DNA from: an uncultured Verrucomicrobiota bacterium
GTDB taxonomy: Bacteria; Verrucomicrobiota; Verrucomicrobiia; Limisphaerales; AAA164-E04
Direction of reading: 5' to 3'
DNA: 64,000 bases
Assembly: GCA_913061285.1 (NCBI GenBank)
Contig: CAJXVR010000003.1
Span: 748-64,747, forward strand
Numbering within the stretch: position 1 is the stretch's first letter; each line of letters begins with the position of its first letter. The notes below the pieces were generated by a model. The model did not search any database. It was not told the origin of the DNA and saw only the letters and a list, made by a program, of their open reading frames with translations. The translations under genes were made by a program, and so were the position numbers. Shown here one piece after another: positions 19,623 through 29,634 of this stretch.

Positions 19623-20930
19623 ATGGCAGGTAAGAAATCAAAGAAACGGAGAAAGATTGTCGTTCTGGTTGGGATCGTTGTTGTCCTGGGCGGATTGGCG
19701 GCGGCGGCAACCCTTCGTAAGAAGGAGGTCGTTCTCTCGGTTGAGACAGAACCAGCGGCACTAAGGGATGTCACCGAACTGGTCGTGGCCGATGGCCGGA
19801 TTCATCCGGTTCTCCAAGTAGCCATTAGCCCTGAGGTGAGTGGTGAGATCATCAGTCTCCCGGTCAAAGAAGGGCAGAAAGTCAAGAAAGGGGATCTTCT
19901 CTTGGAAATCCGACCAGACTTCTACACGGCTGCAGTCGCTCAAGCGACGGCGAGTTACAAATCCGCCTTGGCCGGTTTAGACTCTGCCAAAGCGAATCTG
20001 AGAAACGCCGAGTTCGAGTTCGCCCGAATCGAAAAGCTTTCCCGTGAAAACTTGGAATCTGATTCTAGTTTTGAACGAGCCAAGACCACGTTGGAGGTGT
20101 CAGCAGCATCGCATGAAGCCTCAACCCACCAGGTGGCGATGGCAAAGGCATCTTTAGATCGGGCCGCCGAAGATCTTGCCAAGACCAGTCTGCGATCTCC
20201 TTTGGATGGGACGATCACACAACTGAATTCAGAATTGGGGGAACGCGTTCTAGGGACGGTGCAAAATATGGGGACGGAGATCATGACGATTTCGGATCTC
20301 AATGCCATGGAGGCTCGGGTTGATATCGGTGAGATCGATATTGTTTTGGTCGATATTGGACAGAAAGCCACCTTGGAAGTGGATGCTTTTCGTAATCGCA
20401 AGTTCAGTGGTGTTGTCTCAGAGATAGCGAATTCAGCTCGGACGAGTGGCGCAGGATCCCAGCAAGAGGCGACCAAGTTTGAGGTGCGGATCTTGATCAA
20501 CGAACAAGAATCCTTCCGGCCGGGAATGTCGGTGACCGCCGATATCGAAACGCGTTCTCGAAAGGATGTTGTGACCGTGCCGTTCCAAAGTGTGACGACA
20601 CGCATGCCGGTGGCTGGTAAGGGTGGTGCCAATGAATCTGATTCTGAAGGTGACGACGCGAAGAAGCTGTCGAAGGAGGATCGCAAGAAAGCGAACAAGC
20701 CGATCGAAGTCGTTTTTGTAATCGAGGAAGACAAAGCGAAAATGGTGCCTGTTGAGCGAGGCATTAGTGACGATAACTATGTTGAGATCACGAGCGGGCT
20801 GGAAGCTGATCAAGTCGTCGTCTCCGGTAGTTACAAGGCGATCGCTGAAGACCTTGAAGATGGGAAGTCTGTCAAGGTGAAGGGTGGTAAGGGGAGTGGC
20901 AAAAAGACGACGGACAGCGAAACACCATGA
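19623..20930 (+). CDS. Efflux periplasmic adaptor (MacA/YknX-type membrane fusion protein)
   Basis: N-terminal [23 protein letters not shown], coiled-coil hairpin, SPLDGTI, RPGMSV. Confidence 0.92.
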   Translation: MAGKKSKKRRKIVVLVGIVVVLGGLAAAATLRKKEVVLSVETEPAALRDVTELVVADGRIHPVLQVAISPEVSGEIISLPVKEGQKVKKGDLLLEIRPDFYTAAVAQATASYKSALAGLDSAKANLRNAEFEFARIEKLSRENLESDSSFERAKTTLEVSAASHEASTHQVAMAKASLDRAAEDLAKTSLRSPLDGTITQLNSELGERVLGTVQNMGTEIMTISDLNAMEARVDIGEIDIVLVDIGQKATLEVDAFRNRKFSGVVSEIANSARTSGAGSQQEATKFEVRILINEQESFRPGMSVTADIETRSRKDVVTVPFQSVTTRMPVAGKGGANESDSEGDDAKKLSKEDRKKANKPIEVVFVIEEDKAKMVPVERGISDDNYVEITSGLEADQVVVSGSYKAIAEDLEDGKSVKVKGGKGSGKKTTDSETP

Positions 20931-21640
20931 GTTTGATCGAGGTGAGAAACCTTTCTCGTCTCTACCATATGGGAGAGGAGACCGTCTATGCCTTGCGAGA
21001 CGTCTCGGTAGGAATTGAGAAGGGCGAATATGTCGCGATCATGGGGCCTTCCGGATCTGGTAAATCGACCTTGATGAATCTGATTGGTTGCCTCGATAGC
21101 CCGACGAGTGGCGAGTTTATCCTGAATGGGATTGAGGTGAGCGAGATGGACGATGATGAACTTGCTGACGTCAGAAACCGTCAGATCGGTTTTGTCTTTC
21201 AAACTTTTAATCTCTTGGCTCGGTCGACGGCACTGCACAATGTGGAGCTCCCTCTGGTGTATGCAGAGATCGACAGCGAAACGAGGCGCGAGCGAGCGCT
21301 TGAAGCCTTGGGGCAGGTTGGGCTCGGGGATCGCGTGACGCACAAACCTAATGAACTCTCTGGTGGGCAACGCCAACGAGTGGCCATTGCTCGGGCCTTG
21401 GTGAATCGACCGGCGATCATTTTGGCTGATGAACCGACTGGAAATCTTGATTCTAAGACGGGTGTCGAGATTATGGCCCTCTTCGAAGAATTGTCCTCTC
21501 GGGGTAATACCATCATTGTTGTGACTCACGAAGAAGAGGTTGCCCGTCATGCTCGTCGTATCATTCGCATCCGGGACGGTCTTATTGCAGCGGACGAACG
21601 GATCAGTCCGGAGGATCGCATTCAGGTTGGGCAATCTTAG
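20927..21640 (+). CDS. ABC ATP-binding protein (MacB/LolD/YknY type)
   Basis: [40 protein letters not shown]. Confidence 0.95.
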   Translation: MSLIEVRNLSRLYHMGEETVYALRDVSVGIEKGEYVAIMGPSGSGKSTLMNLIGCLDSPTSGEFILNGIEVSEMDDDELADVRNRQIGFVFQTFNLLARSTALHNVELPLVYAEIDSETRRERALEALGQVGLGDRVTHKPNELSGGQRQRVAIARALVNRPAIILADEPTGNLDSKTGVEIMALFEELSSRGNTIIVVTHEEEVARHARRIIRIRDGLIAADERISPEDRIQVGQS

Positions 21641-21670
21641 TGACCTTCGAGCGTCGATGAAGGTGAATCA

Positions 21671-22894
21671 ATGAGACTGGGCTATGAGCTGAAGGAAGCC
21701 GCCAAGATTTCTTGGGTGGCGATCAATAGCAATCGCTTGCGAGCCGCGTTGACCACCTTAGGGATTGTGATTGGTGTCGCGACGGTGAGTTTGATGGGGA
21801 GTGCGATCGCAGGGCTAACTCAAACCTTTGAAGACAGCTTATCACTGCTGGGGACCGATGTGCTCTTCGTTCAGAAATTTAATTGGGCTACAGGTGGAGG
21901 GGATTGGCGTGAGATGCGAAATCGTCGCGACATCACCCTTCGCGATGCCAAGCGTTTGGAACGGGAACTCTCGATGGCGCAGGCTGTCTCGGTCGAGGCG
22001 CAGAGCAATGGACTGGTTTCCTATGAAGAGCGTTCTGCTTCCAGTGCCGCGATTGTGGGTGCAAATGAGAACACCGCCATGGTTCGGGGCTTTCTCCTGG
22101 CAGACGGGCGTTACTTCTCGGAAGCGGATGTCGATGGATTGCGGCCTGTTTGTATTCTTGGGTCTTCCCTTGCTGAGAACCTGTTTCCTCGTTTCTCGCC
22201 CTTGGGAGAACGTATCAAGATTCGGGGGAAAAAGTACGAGGTGATTGGCGTGTTGGAGAAACTTGGTGGGTTTCTCTTCGGGGATGTTGACAATCAAGTC
22301 ATGGTGCCGATTACGAGATTTGTTTCCGATTTTGCCTACAATCCTGATGTCAACATCAGTGTTAAAGCGGTGAATACGGAATTGCTTGATGATACTCGAA
22401 TCGAGGTTAGAGGGATCATGAGAAAGATTCGGCGTCTAGGTCCTGGGGACAAGGATGACTTCGCGGTGAATCAGCAAGACATGTTGATGGACGCGTTCAT
22501 GCAAACGGGTGGTACGATTGCCGCGGGTGGATTGCTCATCACCGGACTAAGCCTCCTCGTTGGTGGTATTGGCATTATGAATATCATGTTTGTGTCTGTC
22601 ATTGAGCGAACGAAGGAAATCGGATTGAGAAAAGCCTTGGGAGCGAAGCGTCGGACAATCTTGATACAGTTTCTCCTTGAGGCCTCCTTTATCTGTCTCT
22701 TTGGTGGACTCTTAGGATTGGGCATCGCCTATCCGATTACCTTGCTCATGCAACAAGTATTTCCGGCTACGCTCGCGTGGCCGGTGGTCTTGACTGCCTT
22801 GCTTGTGTCGATTTTTACTGGCGTAATATCAGGATACTTGCCGGCTTTTCGTGCCTCGAAACTCAATCCCGTTGATGCCCTCCGACAGGATTAA
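21671..22894 (+). CDS. MacB/FtsX-family ABC permease
   Basis: R..LTTLGIVIGV, GGIGIMNIMFVSVIERTKEIGLRKALGA, LNPVDALR. Confidence 0.95.
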   Translation: MRLGYELKEAAKISWVAINSNRLRAALTTLGIVIGVATVSLMGSAIAGLTQTFEDSLSLLGTDVLFVQKFNWATGGGDWREMRNRRDITLRDAKRLERELSMAQAVSVEAQSNGLVSYEERSASSAAIVGANENTAMVRGFLLADGRYFSEADVDGLRPVCILGSSLAENLFPRFSPLGERIKIRGKKYEVIGVLEKLGGFLFGDVDNQVMVPITRFVSDFAYNPDVNISVKAVNTELLDDTRIEVRGIMRKIRRLGPGDKDDFAVNQQDMLMDAFMQTGGTIAAGGLLITGLSLLVGGIGIMNIMFVSVIERTKEIGLRKALGAKRRTILIQFLLEASFICLFGGLLGLGIAYPITLLMQQVFPATLAWPVVLTALLVSIFTGVISGYLPAFRASKLNPVDALRQD

Positions 22895-22900
22895 ACCGCA

Positions 22901-24142
22901 ATGAGGCAAGCTGAAGTCAAAGAGAGTTTCGTAATGGCCCTGGATGCCTTGAGGGCGAACAAGGTTCGTTCCGCCTTAACCTTGCTCGGCATTCTCGTGG
23001 GCGTGTTCTCGATTATCGTGGTGATGACGGCGATCCGTGTCATGCAAGATAGTGTGGAATCAAGCCTCAGCCAATTGGGTGCCAACACCTTCCAAATTCA
23101 AAAATGGCCATCAATGCGTGTGGGTGGAGGTGAGCGGGATTGGCAGAAGTATTTTCGACGCAAAGATCTGACCTTTGATCATGCGAATGCCTTGGTTGAA
23201 CGAGTGACGCGAGCGAAGAGTATTGGCGTTGACGAGGGGCTTTGGAGTGCTGAGGTGATTTCTGACTATGCGGAGACGAACCCAGATGTACGGTTGCGCG
23301 GGGTCACGCCCGGAACCTTCCCCGGCAAGAATTGGGTCGTGGAGTCGGGGCGGTCGATTCTTGATGCGGACGTGGATAGCAATCGCCGAGTCTGTGTCAT
23401 TGGGGCTCCTGTTGCAAAGAAAGCCTTTCCCTTTGGGTCGCCATTGGGGCAGACGATCAAATTCCATGGCATTGGCTATGTTGTTGTTGGAGTGCTTGAG
23501 GATATGGGTAGCTCATTCGGGAGCGAACAGGGCAACTTTGTCTTGATCCCATTGACTACAGGCTTGAATCGTTATGGATGGAAACGAAGCCTCGACTTTG
23601 TTGTTCAAGCCAAAGATCAAGCAAGCTTCGACGATGTGCAGTCTCAAGTGCGGGGCATTCTACGGACGATTCGCAAGGTGCCTCCAGGAGAGGAAGATGA
23701 TTTTGACATGGTATCGAATGATTCGCTCATCACCCAATTTCGTTCCGTGACACTGGCTGTCCGTGCGGGCGCTGCAGCGGTCAGCTCCATTGCCTTGGTC
23801 GTTGCCGGCATCGGAATCATGAATATCATGCTGGTGTCCGTCACCGAGCGAACGCGTGAGATTGGAGTGAGGCGCGCGATTGGAGCCAAGAAGAAGAATA
23901 TCTTGCTTCAATTCATTATCGAAGCCGTCGTGCTTTGTCAGGTCGGTGGCATCGTGGGGGTCGTTTTGGGAATCCTAGGCGGGAATTTGACATCACTCTT
24001 TCTCCAGCTGCCCCCAAGTGTTCCCTTGGATTGGGCATTGTATGGGCTCCTGATTTGTTCGGCTGTTGGCGTTGTGTTTGGCACCTATCCGGCATACCGA
24101 GCGGCCCAGGTAAATCCTATCGAGGCCTTACGCTACGAGTAA
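22901..24142 (+). CDS. MacB/FtsX-family ABC permease
   Basis: RSALTLLGILVGV, GIGIMNIMLVSVTERTREIGVRRAIGA, NPIEALRYE. Confidence 0.95.
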   Translation: MRQAEVKESFVMALDALRANKVRSALTLLGILVGVFSIIVVMTAIRVMQDSVESSLSQLGANTFQIQKWPSMRVGGGERDWQKYFRRKDLTFDHANALVERVTRAKSIGVDEGLWSAEVISDYAETNPDVRLRGVTPGTFPGKNWVVESGRSILDADVDSNRRVCVIGAPVAKKAFPFGSPLGQTIKFHGIGYVVVGVLEDMGSSFGSEQGNFVLIPLTTGLNRYGWKRSLDFVVQAKDQASFDDVQSQVRGILRTIRKVPPGEEDDFDMVSNDSLITQFRSVTLAVRAGAAAVSSIALVVAGIGIMNIMLVSVTERTREIGVRRAIGAKKKNILLQFIIEAVVLCQVGGIVGVVLGILGGNLTSLFLQLPPSVPLDWALYGLLICSAVGVVFGTYPAYRAAQVNPIEALRYE

Positions 24143-24159
24143 GTTGCTTCAGTTCGCAT

Positions 24160-24188
24160 TGAACGGTGTGGCCCTGCCGACCGTCTTA
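24160..24188 (+). promoter_or_regulatory. Putative ECF-sigma promoter (TGAAC-N17-CGTC)
   Basis: TGAAC-ggtgtggccctgccgac-CGTCTTA upstream of the repeat-protein/CotH genes. Confidence 0.45.
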
Positions 24189-24220
24189 GTTAAGTGTTCC
24201 TTTGATTTAGTCATGATTCG

Positions 24221-25375
24221 ATGAATCACAAGCCTATGAAATTACACGGGTTTTCGTATCAAGCCTTAAGGGCGTTTGTTGCCTTCGCTGCTATCGTCAC
24301 GATAGCCGGAAGCGTTTCATCACGCGCTGAGGAGGCGAGTTCATTCTTGGGCTCTTGGGAGGGAACGATGGGAATGGGGAGATTCAGCATGCGGATCGTG
24401 TTGCGAATTTCCGAATCGGATGACGGTGAGGTGTCTGCGAGTATGAGCTTGCCTGACCGGGGGGTGAGAGATCTTCCTGTCAACGCCATCTTGTTCAATG
24501 GTTCGGAGTTCCTCTTCGAATTTGACCAGTTTGGAGGGTCGTTTCGTGGCGCGATCAATGAGAGTGGGGATCGAATCTCGGGTGCTTGGGAAGCTGTGAA
24601 TCGGCAAGGGCCTCCTATGGCCAGAAAAATGACCTTTAAGCGGATATCTGATGAGGCGACAGAACCTGTTCGCCTAGACTTTGAGATGGGAGCTAACGAT
24701 CCAAAGGTCAAAGGCTACTGGAAGACGACGCTGAAAGTGAATGCTGATATTGAGATGGCGATGCTCCTCCGTGTCGGCACGGATCCAGAAGGGGAGTTGA
24801 GAGGCATGATTGATATTCCTGATCAAGGAGCCCAAGGAATTCCGGTGACGGAATTGAAGTTCGAGGGGTCACAAGTCGAATTCTTGATCAGTGGGATCGG
24901 GATGAATTTTGAGGGACGAATGAATGATGAAGTGGCCTCGATTGAAGGCGTCATGAAATCATTCGGTCAAGAATTTGAGTTGGTATTCCATCGAAGTTCT
25001 CCAACGGCTGAGAAAGAGAGTCCGGAATTGTTCTACGGTGACGATTCGGGAGAGCTTGATTTGAAGGGGTTCTGGCAGGGAACCCTGGTGGTGCAGGAAA
25101 CTGAGTTGAGATTGGCCGTCGCACTGGGGGTCGATTCTGAAGGTGGGTTTCATGGTACGATGGATAGCTTAGATCAGAATGCCAGAGGCCTTCCGATGAG
25201 TAGTGTGGAGATCAATGATCGACATTTTGAATTCAAGTGGGCTGCTCTCGGGGCAACCTATTCAGGTGATCTTTCTGAGGATCGGAATGAGATCGTTGGA
25301 TCCTTTAAGCAGGGGCCGATTAATGTGCCACTAACGATGCAGCGGCAGGCGGGACCTCCAGAATCAAACGAATGA
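24221..25375 (+). CDS. Secreted protein with three tandem ~120-aa beta-rich repeats
   Basis: Signal peptide; repeats start GSWEGTM / GYWKTTL / GFWQGTL and contain PDRG..DLPV / PDQGAQGIPV / LDQNARGLPM. Confidence 0.8.
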   Translation: MNHKPMKLHGFSYQALRAFVAFAAIVTIAGSVSSRAEEASSFLGSWEGTMGMGRFSMRIVLRISESDDGEVSASMSLPDRGVRDLPVNAILFNGSEFLFEFDQFGGSFRGAINESGDRISGAWEAVNRQGPPMARKMTFKRISDEATEPVRLDFEMGANDPKVKGYWKTTLKVNADIEMAMLLRVGTDPEGELRGMIDIPDQGAQGIPVTELKFEGSQVEFLISGIGMNFEGRMNDEVASIEGVMKSFGQEFELVFHRSSPTAEKESPELFYGDDSGELDLKGFWQGTLVVQETELRLAVALGVDSEGGFHGTMDSLDQNARGLPMSSVEINDRHFEFKWAALGATYSGDLSEDRNEIVGSFKQGPINVPLTMQRQAGPPESNE

Positions 25376-25384
25376 TTCGAACGA

Positions 25385-27052
25385 ATGGCGGGTGAAATGA
25401 AAAAGTATTGGAAAAGAGACTATGCTGCGACGGGATTGGCGACGATTCTAGGAATCGCTGGATGTGTCAAGCCATTGGTACCTGGGCTTCATGCCGGTGA
25501 AAGCCGACGTGTGCGTGACGCATTGTTTGAGCAGAACCAAGTGCTTCACATCGAGATTGAAATACCTGAGCCGGGAATCGAACGCCTCCGCCAATATCGA
25601 TGGCAGTGGAATTCAGAGGAAGCTCAGGAGCGGCCCAAGGTGAAGGTCGTGGTGCGGGAAGGAACGGAAACTTTTAAGGACGTGTCACTTCATTTGAAGG
25701 GTGCTGCGGGAAGTTTTCGTTCGATCGATGACAAACCGGCAATGACCCTCAATTTTGATCGGCATGTTCGGGGCCAAAAGTTTCACGGTTTGGATAAGCT
25801 GTCTCTCAACAACTCGGTTCAAGATCCGACGCTCTGCAACGAACGGCTAGCGCGGCAGCTCTTTCTTGAGGCCGGGGTGCCAGTGCCACGAGCGACCCAT
25901 GCCCGCGTGACCCTCAATGGTCGGAGCCTTGGTTTGTATGTCCTCGTCGAGGGATACAATCGGCGCTTCCTTCGAGGACATTTTGAAGACGATTCCGGTA
26001 ATCTCTACGATGGGGGCTTTGTGCGAGATATTGAAGGCCCGATGGCGGTGAATTCCGGTGAGCTTCCCGAGGATCAGTCGGATGTAGAAGGACTAAACGA
26101 GGCTCTTCAATTGAGTAACCTCGTTGAACGAGAGGAGCGGCTGAGGGAGCTGCTCGATCTCGATCGATTCTTAAATCATCTCGCCTTGGACGTGATCTTG
26201 GTTAATTGGGATGGATATCATTTGAATCGGAATAACTTCCGGGTATTTAGTGACCGATCGCGAGCCAAGCTTGTGTTTATGCCGCACGGTTTGGATCAGT
26301 TACTTGAAAACCCCGAAGGTCCGATTTTTCCAAACTACCAAGGAAGGGTCACTCAGGCCGTCATGGCGATTCCTGCGATGCAAGAGGCGTACTTTGAACG
26401 GCTTCAGATTCTGGTGAATGATTTGTTTGATGTCCCACGCATTCACGAGCGGATTGATGGCATCGCTGAAGTGATTCGGCGGGATCTCATGCTCAATGAT
26501 CCCAGCGCGATTTCTAAATACCTCGATCGAGTGGGCAGTTTGAAGGATAAGGTAGTTCAGCGTTACGAAATATTGCAGAGACAGTTGGATGGTCCATCGA
26601 AAGTTCCAGAGTTTGATCCTGCTGGGACCGTTCGGCTGACCGAGTGGGCCCCCGATCGTTTCTTTGGAAAACCTAAGCTTGAGACTGGAGAGCACGAAGG
26701 TCACCAGGCGCTGACTCTAACGACAGAAGAGGGAACGAGCGTGGGGCGTTGGCAAACGAGTGTTTGGCTTGAGGCTGGAGATTATGAGTTGGCAGGTCTC
26801 GTCAAGATCGATGGGGTTGAGGCAGGTCGCGGAGATCCTCGGGGTGGTGTGGCCCTGTGGACATCGGTCCGCCGAATTCGGGAGCGACAGACAGGAAGCC
26901 AAGATTGGGCGACTCAACAGGTGAAGTTTACCGTCAGGCAACCGTTTCAAGAGGTACAGTTGTTCTGCGAATATCGGGCGACACAGGGGACAGCGTGGGT
27001 CGATGCCCAGAGTCTACAGTTAAAGCGATCGCCTACTGCCAGTAGGCCTTAG
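25385..27052 (+). CDS. CotH kinase family protein with a C-terminal jelly-roll/CBM-like domain
   Basis: HLKG..GSFR, KPA.TL.FD, LNNSVQDP, LNG..LGLYV..EG, GNLYDG, NWDGY..NNFR. Confidence 0.88.
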   Translation: MAGEMKKYWKRDYAATGLATILGIAGCVKPLVPGLHAGESRRVRDALFEQNQVLHIEIEIPEPGIERLRQYRWQWNSEEAQERPKVKVVVREGTETFKDVSLHLKGAAGSFRSIDDKPAMTLNFDRHVRGQKFHGLDKLSLNNSVQDPTLCNERLARQLFLEAGVPVPRATHARVTLNGRSLGLYVLVEGYNRRFLRGHFEDDSGNLYDGGFVRDIEGPMAVNSGELPEDQSDVEGLNEALQLSNLVEREERLRELLDLDRFLNHLALDVILVNWDGYHLNRNNFRVFSDRSRAKLVFMPHGLDQLLENPEGPIFPNYQGRVTQAVMAIPAMQEAYFERLQILVNDLFDVPRIHERIDGIAEVIRRDLMLNDPSAISKYLDRVGSLKDKVVQRYEILQRQLDGPSKVPEFDPAGTVRLTEWAPDRFFGKPKLETGEHEGHQALTLTTEEGTSVGRWQTSVWLEAGDYELAGLVKIDGVEAGRGDPRGGVALWTSVRRIRERQTGSQDWATQQVKFTVRQPFQEVQLFCEYRATQGTAWVDAQSLQLKRSPTASRP

Positions 27053-27130
27053 TTTCTGGATTCGTTGGATCGAAGCGCTTAAGGAATAAGACGCCGACGA
27101 ATTCCAAGTAGAATCTGGAACATAGATTGC

Positions 27131-28864
27131 TTGCTATGGCGGATGGATTCCATTCGAATACGTTGCCATAGGGCAATCTGGCTCACCTGGAGGGAAGACT
27201 CCGGAATGCGGCGAATGAAACGGCTGTGGCAATTCATGATTCGATGTCGACGGCGGGTTCTCTCGCCGGTGGCAACCTTCCTTTTACCCCTCGGATTGTG
27301 TGTCGTCTCCCAAGCAGCCGAGCCTGAGGAACAAGATGGCACCTTGTTCGTCGGTGATAGGGTCTTCGAGATCGATATTTCCATTCCTGCTGAGGGGATC
27401 GCTAATCTCCGAACCTATCATTGGAAGCGTTGGCGGGGTACGAATCTTCCTCGGCCCAAAGCATTGGCGACCATTAGTGAATCCGGAGTTGTCTACACGA
27501 ATGTTTCCGTTCATTTGAAGGGATCTGCTGGAAGTTTCCGATCCATTGATGATAAACCTGCCTTAACCCTGAATTTTGATAAGCATGTGGACGATCAGCT
27601 TTTCTATGGGCATGACAAGGTCTACCTCAATAACTCAGTGCAGGATCGGGCGTATGCCAATGAGAAGATCAGTCGCGAACTTTACAATGCTGCGGGCATT
27701 CCAACCCCTCGGGCGGCGCATGCCTGGGTGAGTCTTAATGGACGTACGCTTGGGCTCTACGTCATGATTGAAGGCTTCAATAAACGTTTTCTAAGACGGC
27801 ATTTTGAAGACATCACGGGGAATCTTTATGATGGCGGGTTCGTGCAAGATATTAATTCCGATTTGTCGGTGAATACCGGTAAGAATAAGACGGATAAATC
27901 GGATCTCCGGACTTTGTTTCGGGTGTCGGTGGAGCGTGATCTTCGGAAGCGGTTTCAATGGTTGCCCAAGATGCTCGATATGGAGCGGTTTTATACGCTG
28001 ATGGCGATGGATGTCTTAACCTGGAATTGGGATGGTTATACCTTACATCACAACAACTTTCGATTGTTTCACGATATGAAGGCGGATCGGTTTATTTTCA
28101 TTCCCCATGGCATGGATCAAATGTTTGAGAAACCGGAAGCGCCCGTTTTTCCACGATTTCGTGGCATACTGGCGAGGTCTGTTCTTGAGCTCCCGTCAGC
28201 GCAGCTCAAGTTCTATGACAAGATGAATGCCTTGATGGGCCATGTGTTCTCGGCGGATAAGATTAATCGACGAATTCAGGAGATCACGGGCGTTCTTCAG
28301 CCGCTCTTAAGAGAGAAGGCTTTGCATCTTGCCAAGCGGCAGCAAAGTGCGGCGTTGAACCTACAGTATCAAGTCACACGGAGAGAGAGTTTCTTGAAGA
28401 AAGAACTCGGAGCTTCTAGCCGTGCTCCCACCTTCGGTCCTCGAGGGTCCCTTCGTATTACTCAGTGGTCTCCGAGGGTGCAGTTCGGTAAACCATCGAT
28501 GGATCGCGTGAGACAAGGGAGTCAGGAATTCTTGCGCATCACCGCCGATGGTTCGGAGCAGTTGACGATGGGGCGTTGGTCGAGTGCTCTGTCGCTTGCC
28601 CGAGGTCGCTATCGTTTCTCCGGTAGAGTTCGAGCGGTCGATGTACGCGTGCTTGCCCAAGATACCAAGGGAGGTGTCGGGTTGCGAGCGAGTGAATCGC
28701 AACCGGCGAGTCGATTGAAGGGAACGCATCCATGGAAACCCTTTTTTACCGACTTCGTGGTGGATCGGCCGATGAAAGACGTGGAGTTGATCTGCGAATT
28801 GCGAGCTGCGAGAGGCACGGTGCTTTTCGATATGAGCTCACTGATCTTAACGAAACTACCCTGA
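27131..28864 (+). CDS. CotH kinase family protein (paralog of the upstream gene; true start probably 75-105 nt downstream)
   Basis: Same CotH motifs (HLKGSAGSFR, LNNSVQD, NWDGY..NNFR) and the same C-terminal domain. Confidence 0.88.
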   Translation: MLWRMDSIRIRCHRAIWLTWREDSGMRRMKRLWQFMIRCRRRVLSPVATFLLPLGLCVVSQAAEPEEQDGTLFVGDRVFEIDISIPAEGIANLRTYHWKRWRGTNLPRPKALATISESGVVYTNVSVHLKGSAGSFRSIDDKPALTLNFDKHVDDQLFYGHDKVYLNNSVQDRAYANEKISRELYNAAGIPTPRAAHAWVSLNGRTLGLYVMIEGFNKRFLRRHFEDITGNLYDGGFVQDINSDLSVNTGKNKTDKSDLRTLFRVSVERDLRKRFQWLPKMLDMERFYTLMAMDVLTWNWDGYTLHHNNFRLFHDMKADRFIFIPHGMDQMFEKPEAPVFPRFRGILARSVLELPSAQLKFYDKMNALMGHVFSADKINRRIQEITGVLQPLLREKALHLAKRQQSAALNLQYQVTRRESFLKKELGASSRAPTFGPRGSLRITQWSPRVQFGKPSMDRVRQGSQEFLRITADGSEQLTMGRWSSALSLARGRYRFSGRVRAVDVRVLAQDTKGGVGLRASESQPASRLKGTHPWKPFFTDFVVDRPMKDVELICELRAARGTVLFDMSSLILTKLP

Positions 28865-28929
28865 CTGATGGCGTCCAAGAGATTGCACGACTGCTCTGAT
28901 GTGAGAATCGTTGGTGCGAAAGGAGAGTA

Positions 28930-29607
28930 ATGATTCAACGAGATTACCTGATGCGAATGGTCGAGGAGTTCTTCAAGATGCTAAGCGTCTTGATGGAATC
29001 GAAAAAGGGTGGAGATCTCAAAGCCATTGAAACGAATCTCGATTTGGCCGCTGAGACGATCCTAGGGATGGATCGAAAAACTCTTTGTGAGATTGAGCCG
29101 GGTCAGTTGAAACAGGAACTAATTCGGTCCGGCTCGACGCATGAGTTTATTGCGCGAGCGCAGGTGATGAGCCGGATCTTGACCGAATCCGCTGAGTTGG
29201 CGAAGCGAGAAGGGCGAGAAGGGGATTCGTTAGACCTCTATGTCAAAGCCTTGAATTTGCTACTCGAGACGATCATTGGTGGGGAACCGGTAGAACTTTT
29301 GGAATTCACACCACGAATTGAAGGCGTTCTCGATCGTCTCGCTGGCGTCTCGTTTGCTCCAGAAACCTTGATCGGTCTGATGCAGTATTTTGAGCAACAA
29401 GGGGAGTACGCCAAAGCTGAAGACCAACTATTCCAGCTCTGTGAAAGCGGAGGTGTGGATGGCGCCATGTCCTCTTTAGCGGAAGGCTTTTATCAGCGAT
29501 TGTTGGCCCTGCCCGATTCTATTTTGGCCGGAGGCGGTCTTCCTCGTGATGAAGTGGAGTTCGGATTGAAGGAATACCGTCAACGCTTTGCCTTTCGACA
29601 AGGATAG
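28930..29607 (+). CDS. DUF6483-like helical protein
   Basis: MIQRDYLMRMVEEF start, YFEQQGEYAKAED.L and FY.RLL...D..L..GGL.RDEV motifs; AAGGAG RBS. Confidence 0.75.
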   Translation: MIQRDYLMRMVEEFFKMLSVLMESKKGGDLKAIETNLDLAAETILGMDRKTLCEIEPGQLKQELIRSGSTHEFIARAQVMSRILTESAELAKREGREGDSLDLYVKALNLLLETIIGGEPVELLEFTPRIEGVLDRLAGVSFAPETLIGLMQYFEQQGEYAKAEDQLFQLCESGGVDGAMSSLAEGFYQRLLALPDSILAGGGLPRDEVEFGLKEYRQRFAFRQG

Positions 29608-29634
29608 CTGCTGGAAGCCAGATTCCTGGCAAGC

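Noticed and set aside
19955..21634. Long antisense ORFs (269 aa, 267 aa) and similar shadow ORFs across the window
   Set aside because: They lie opposite well-supported genes and carry no recognisable motifs
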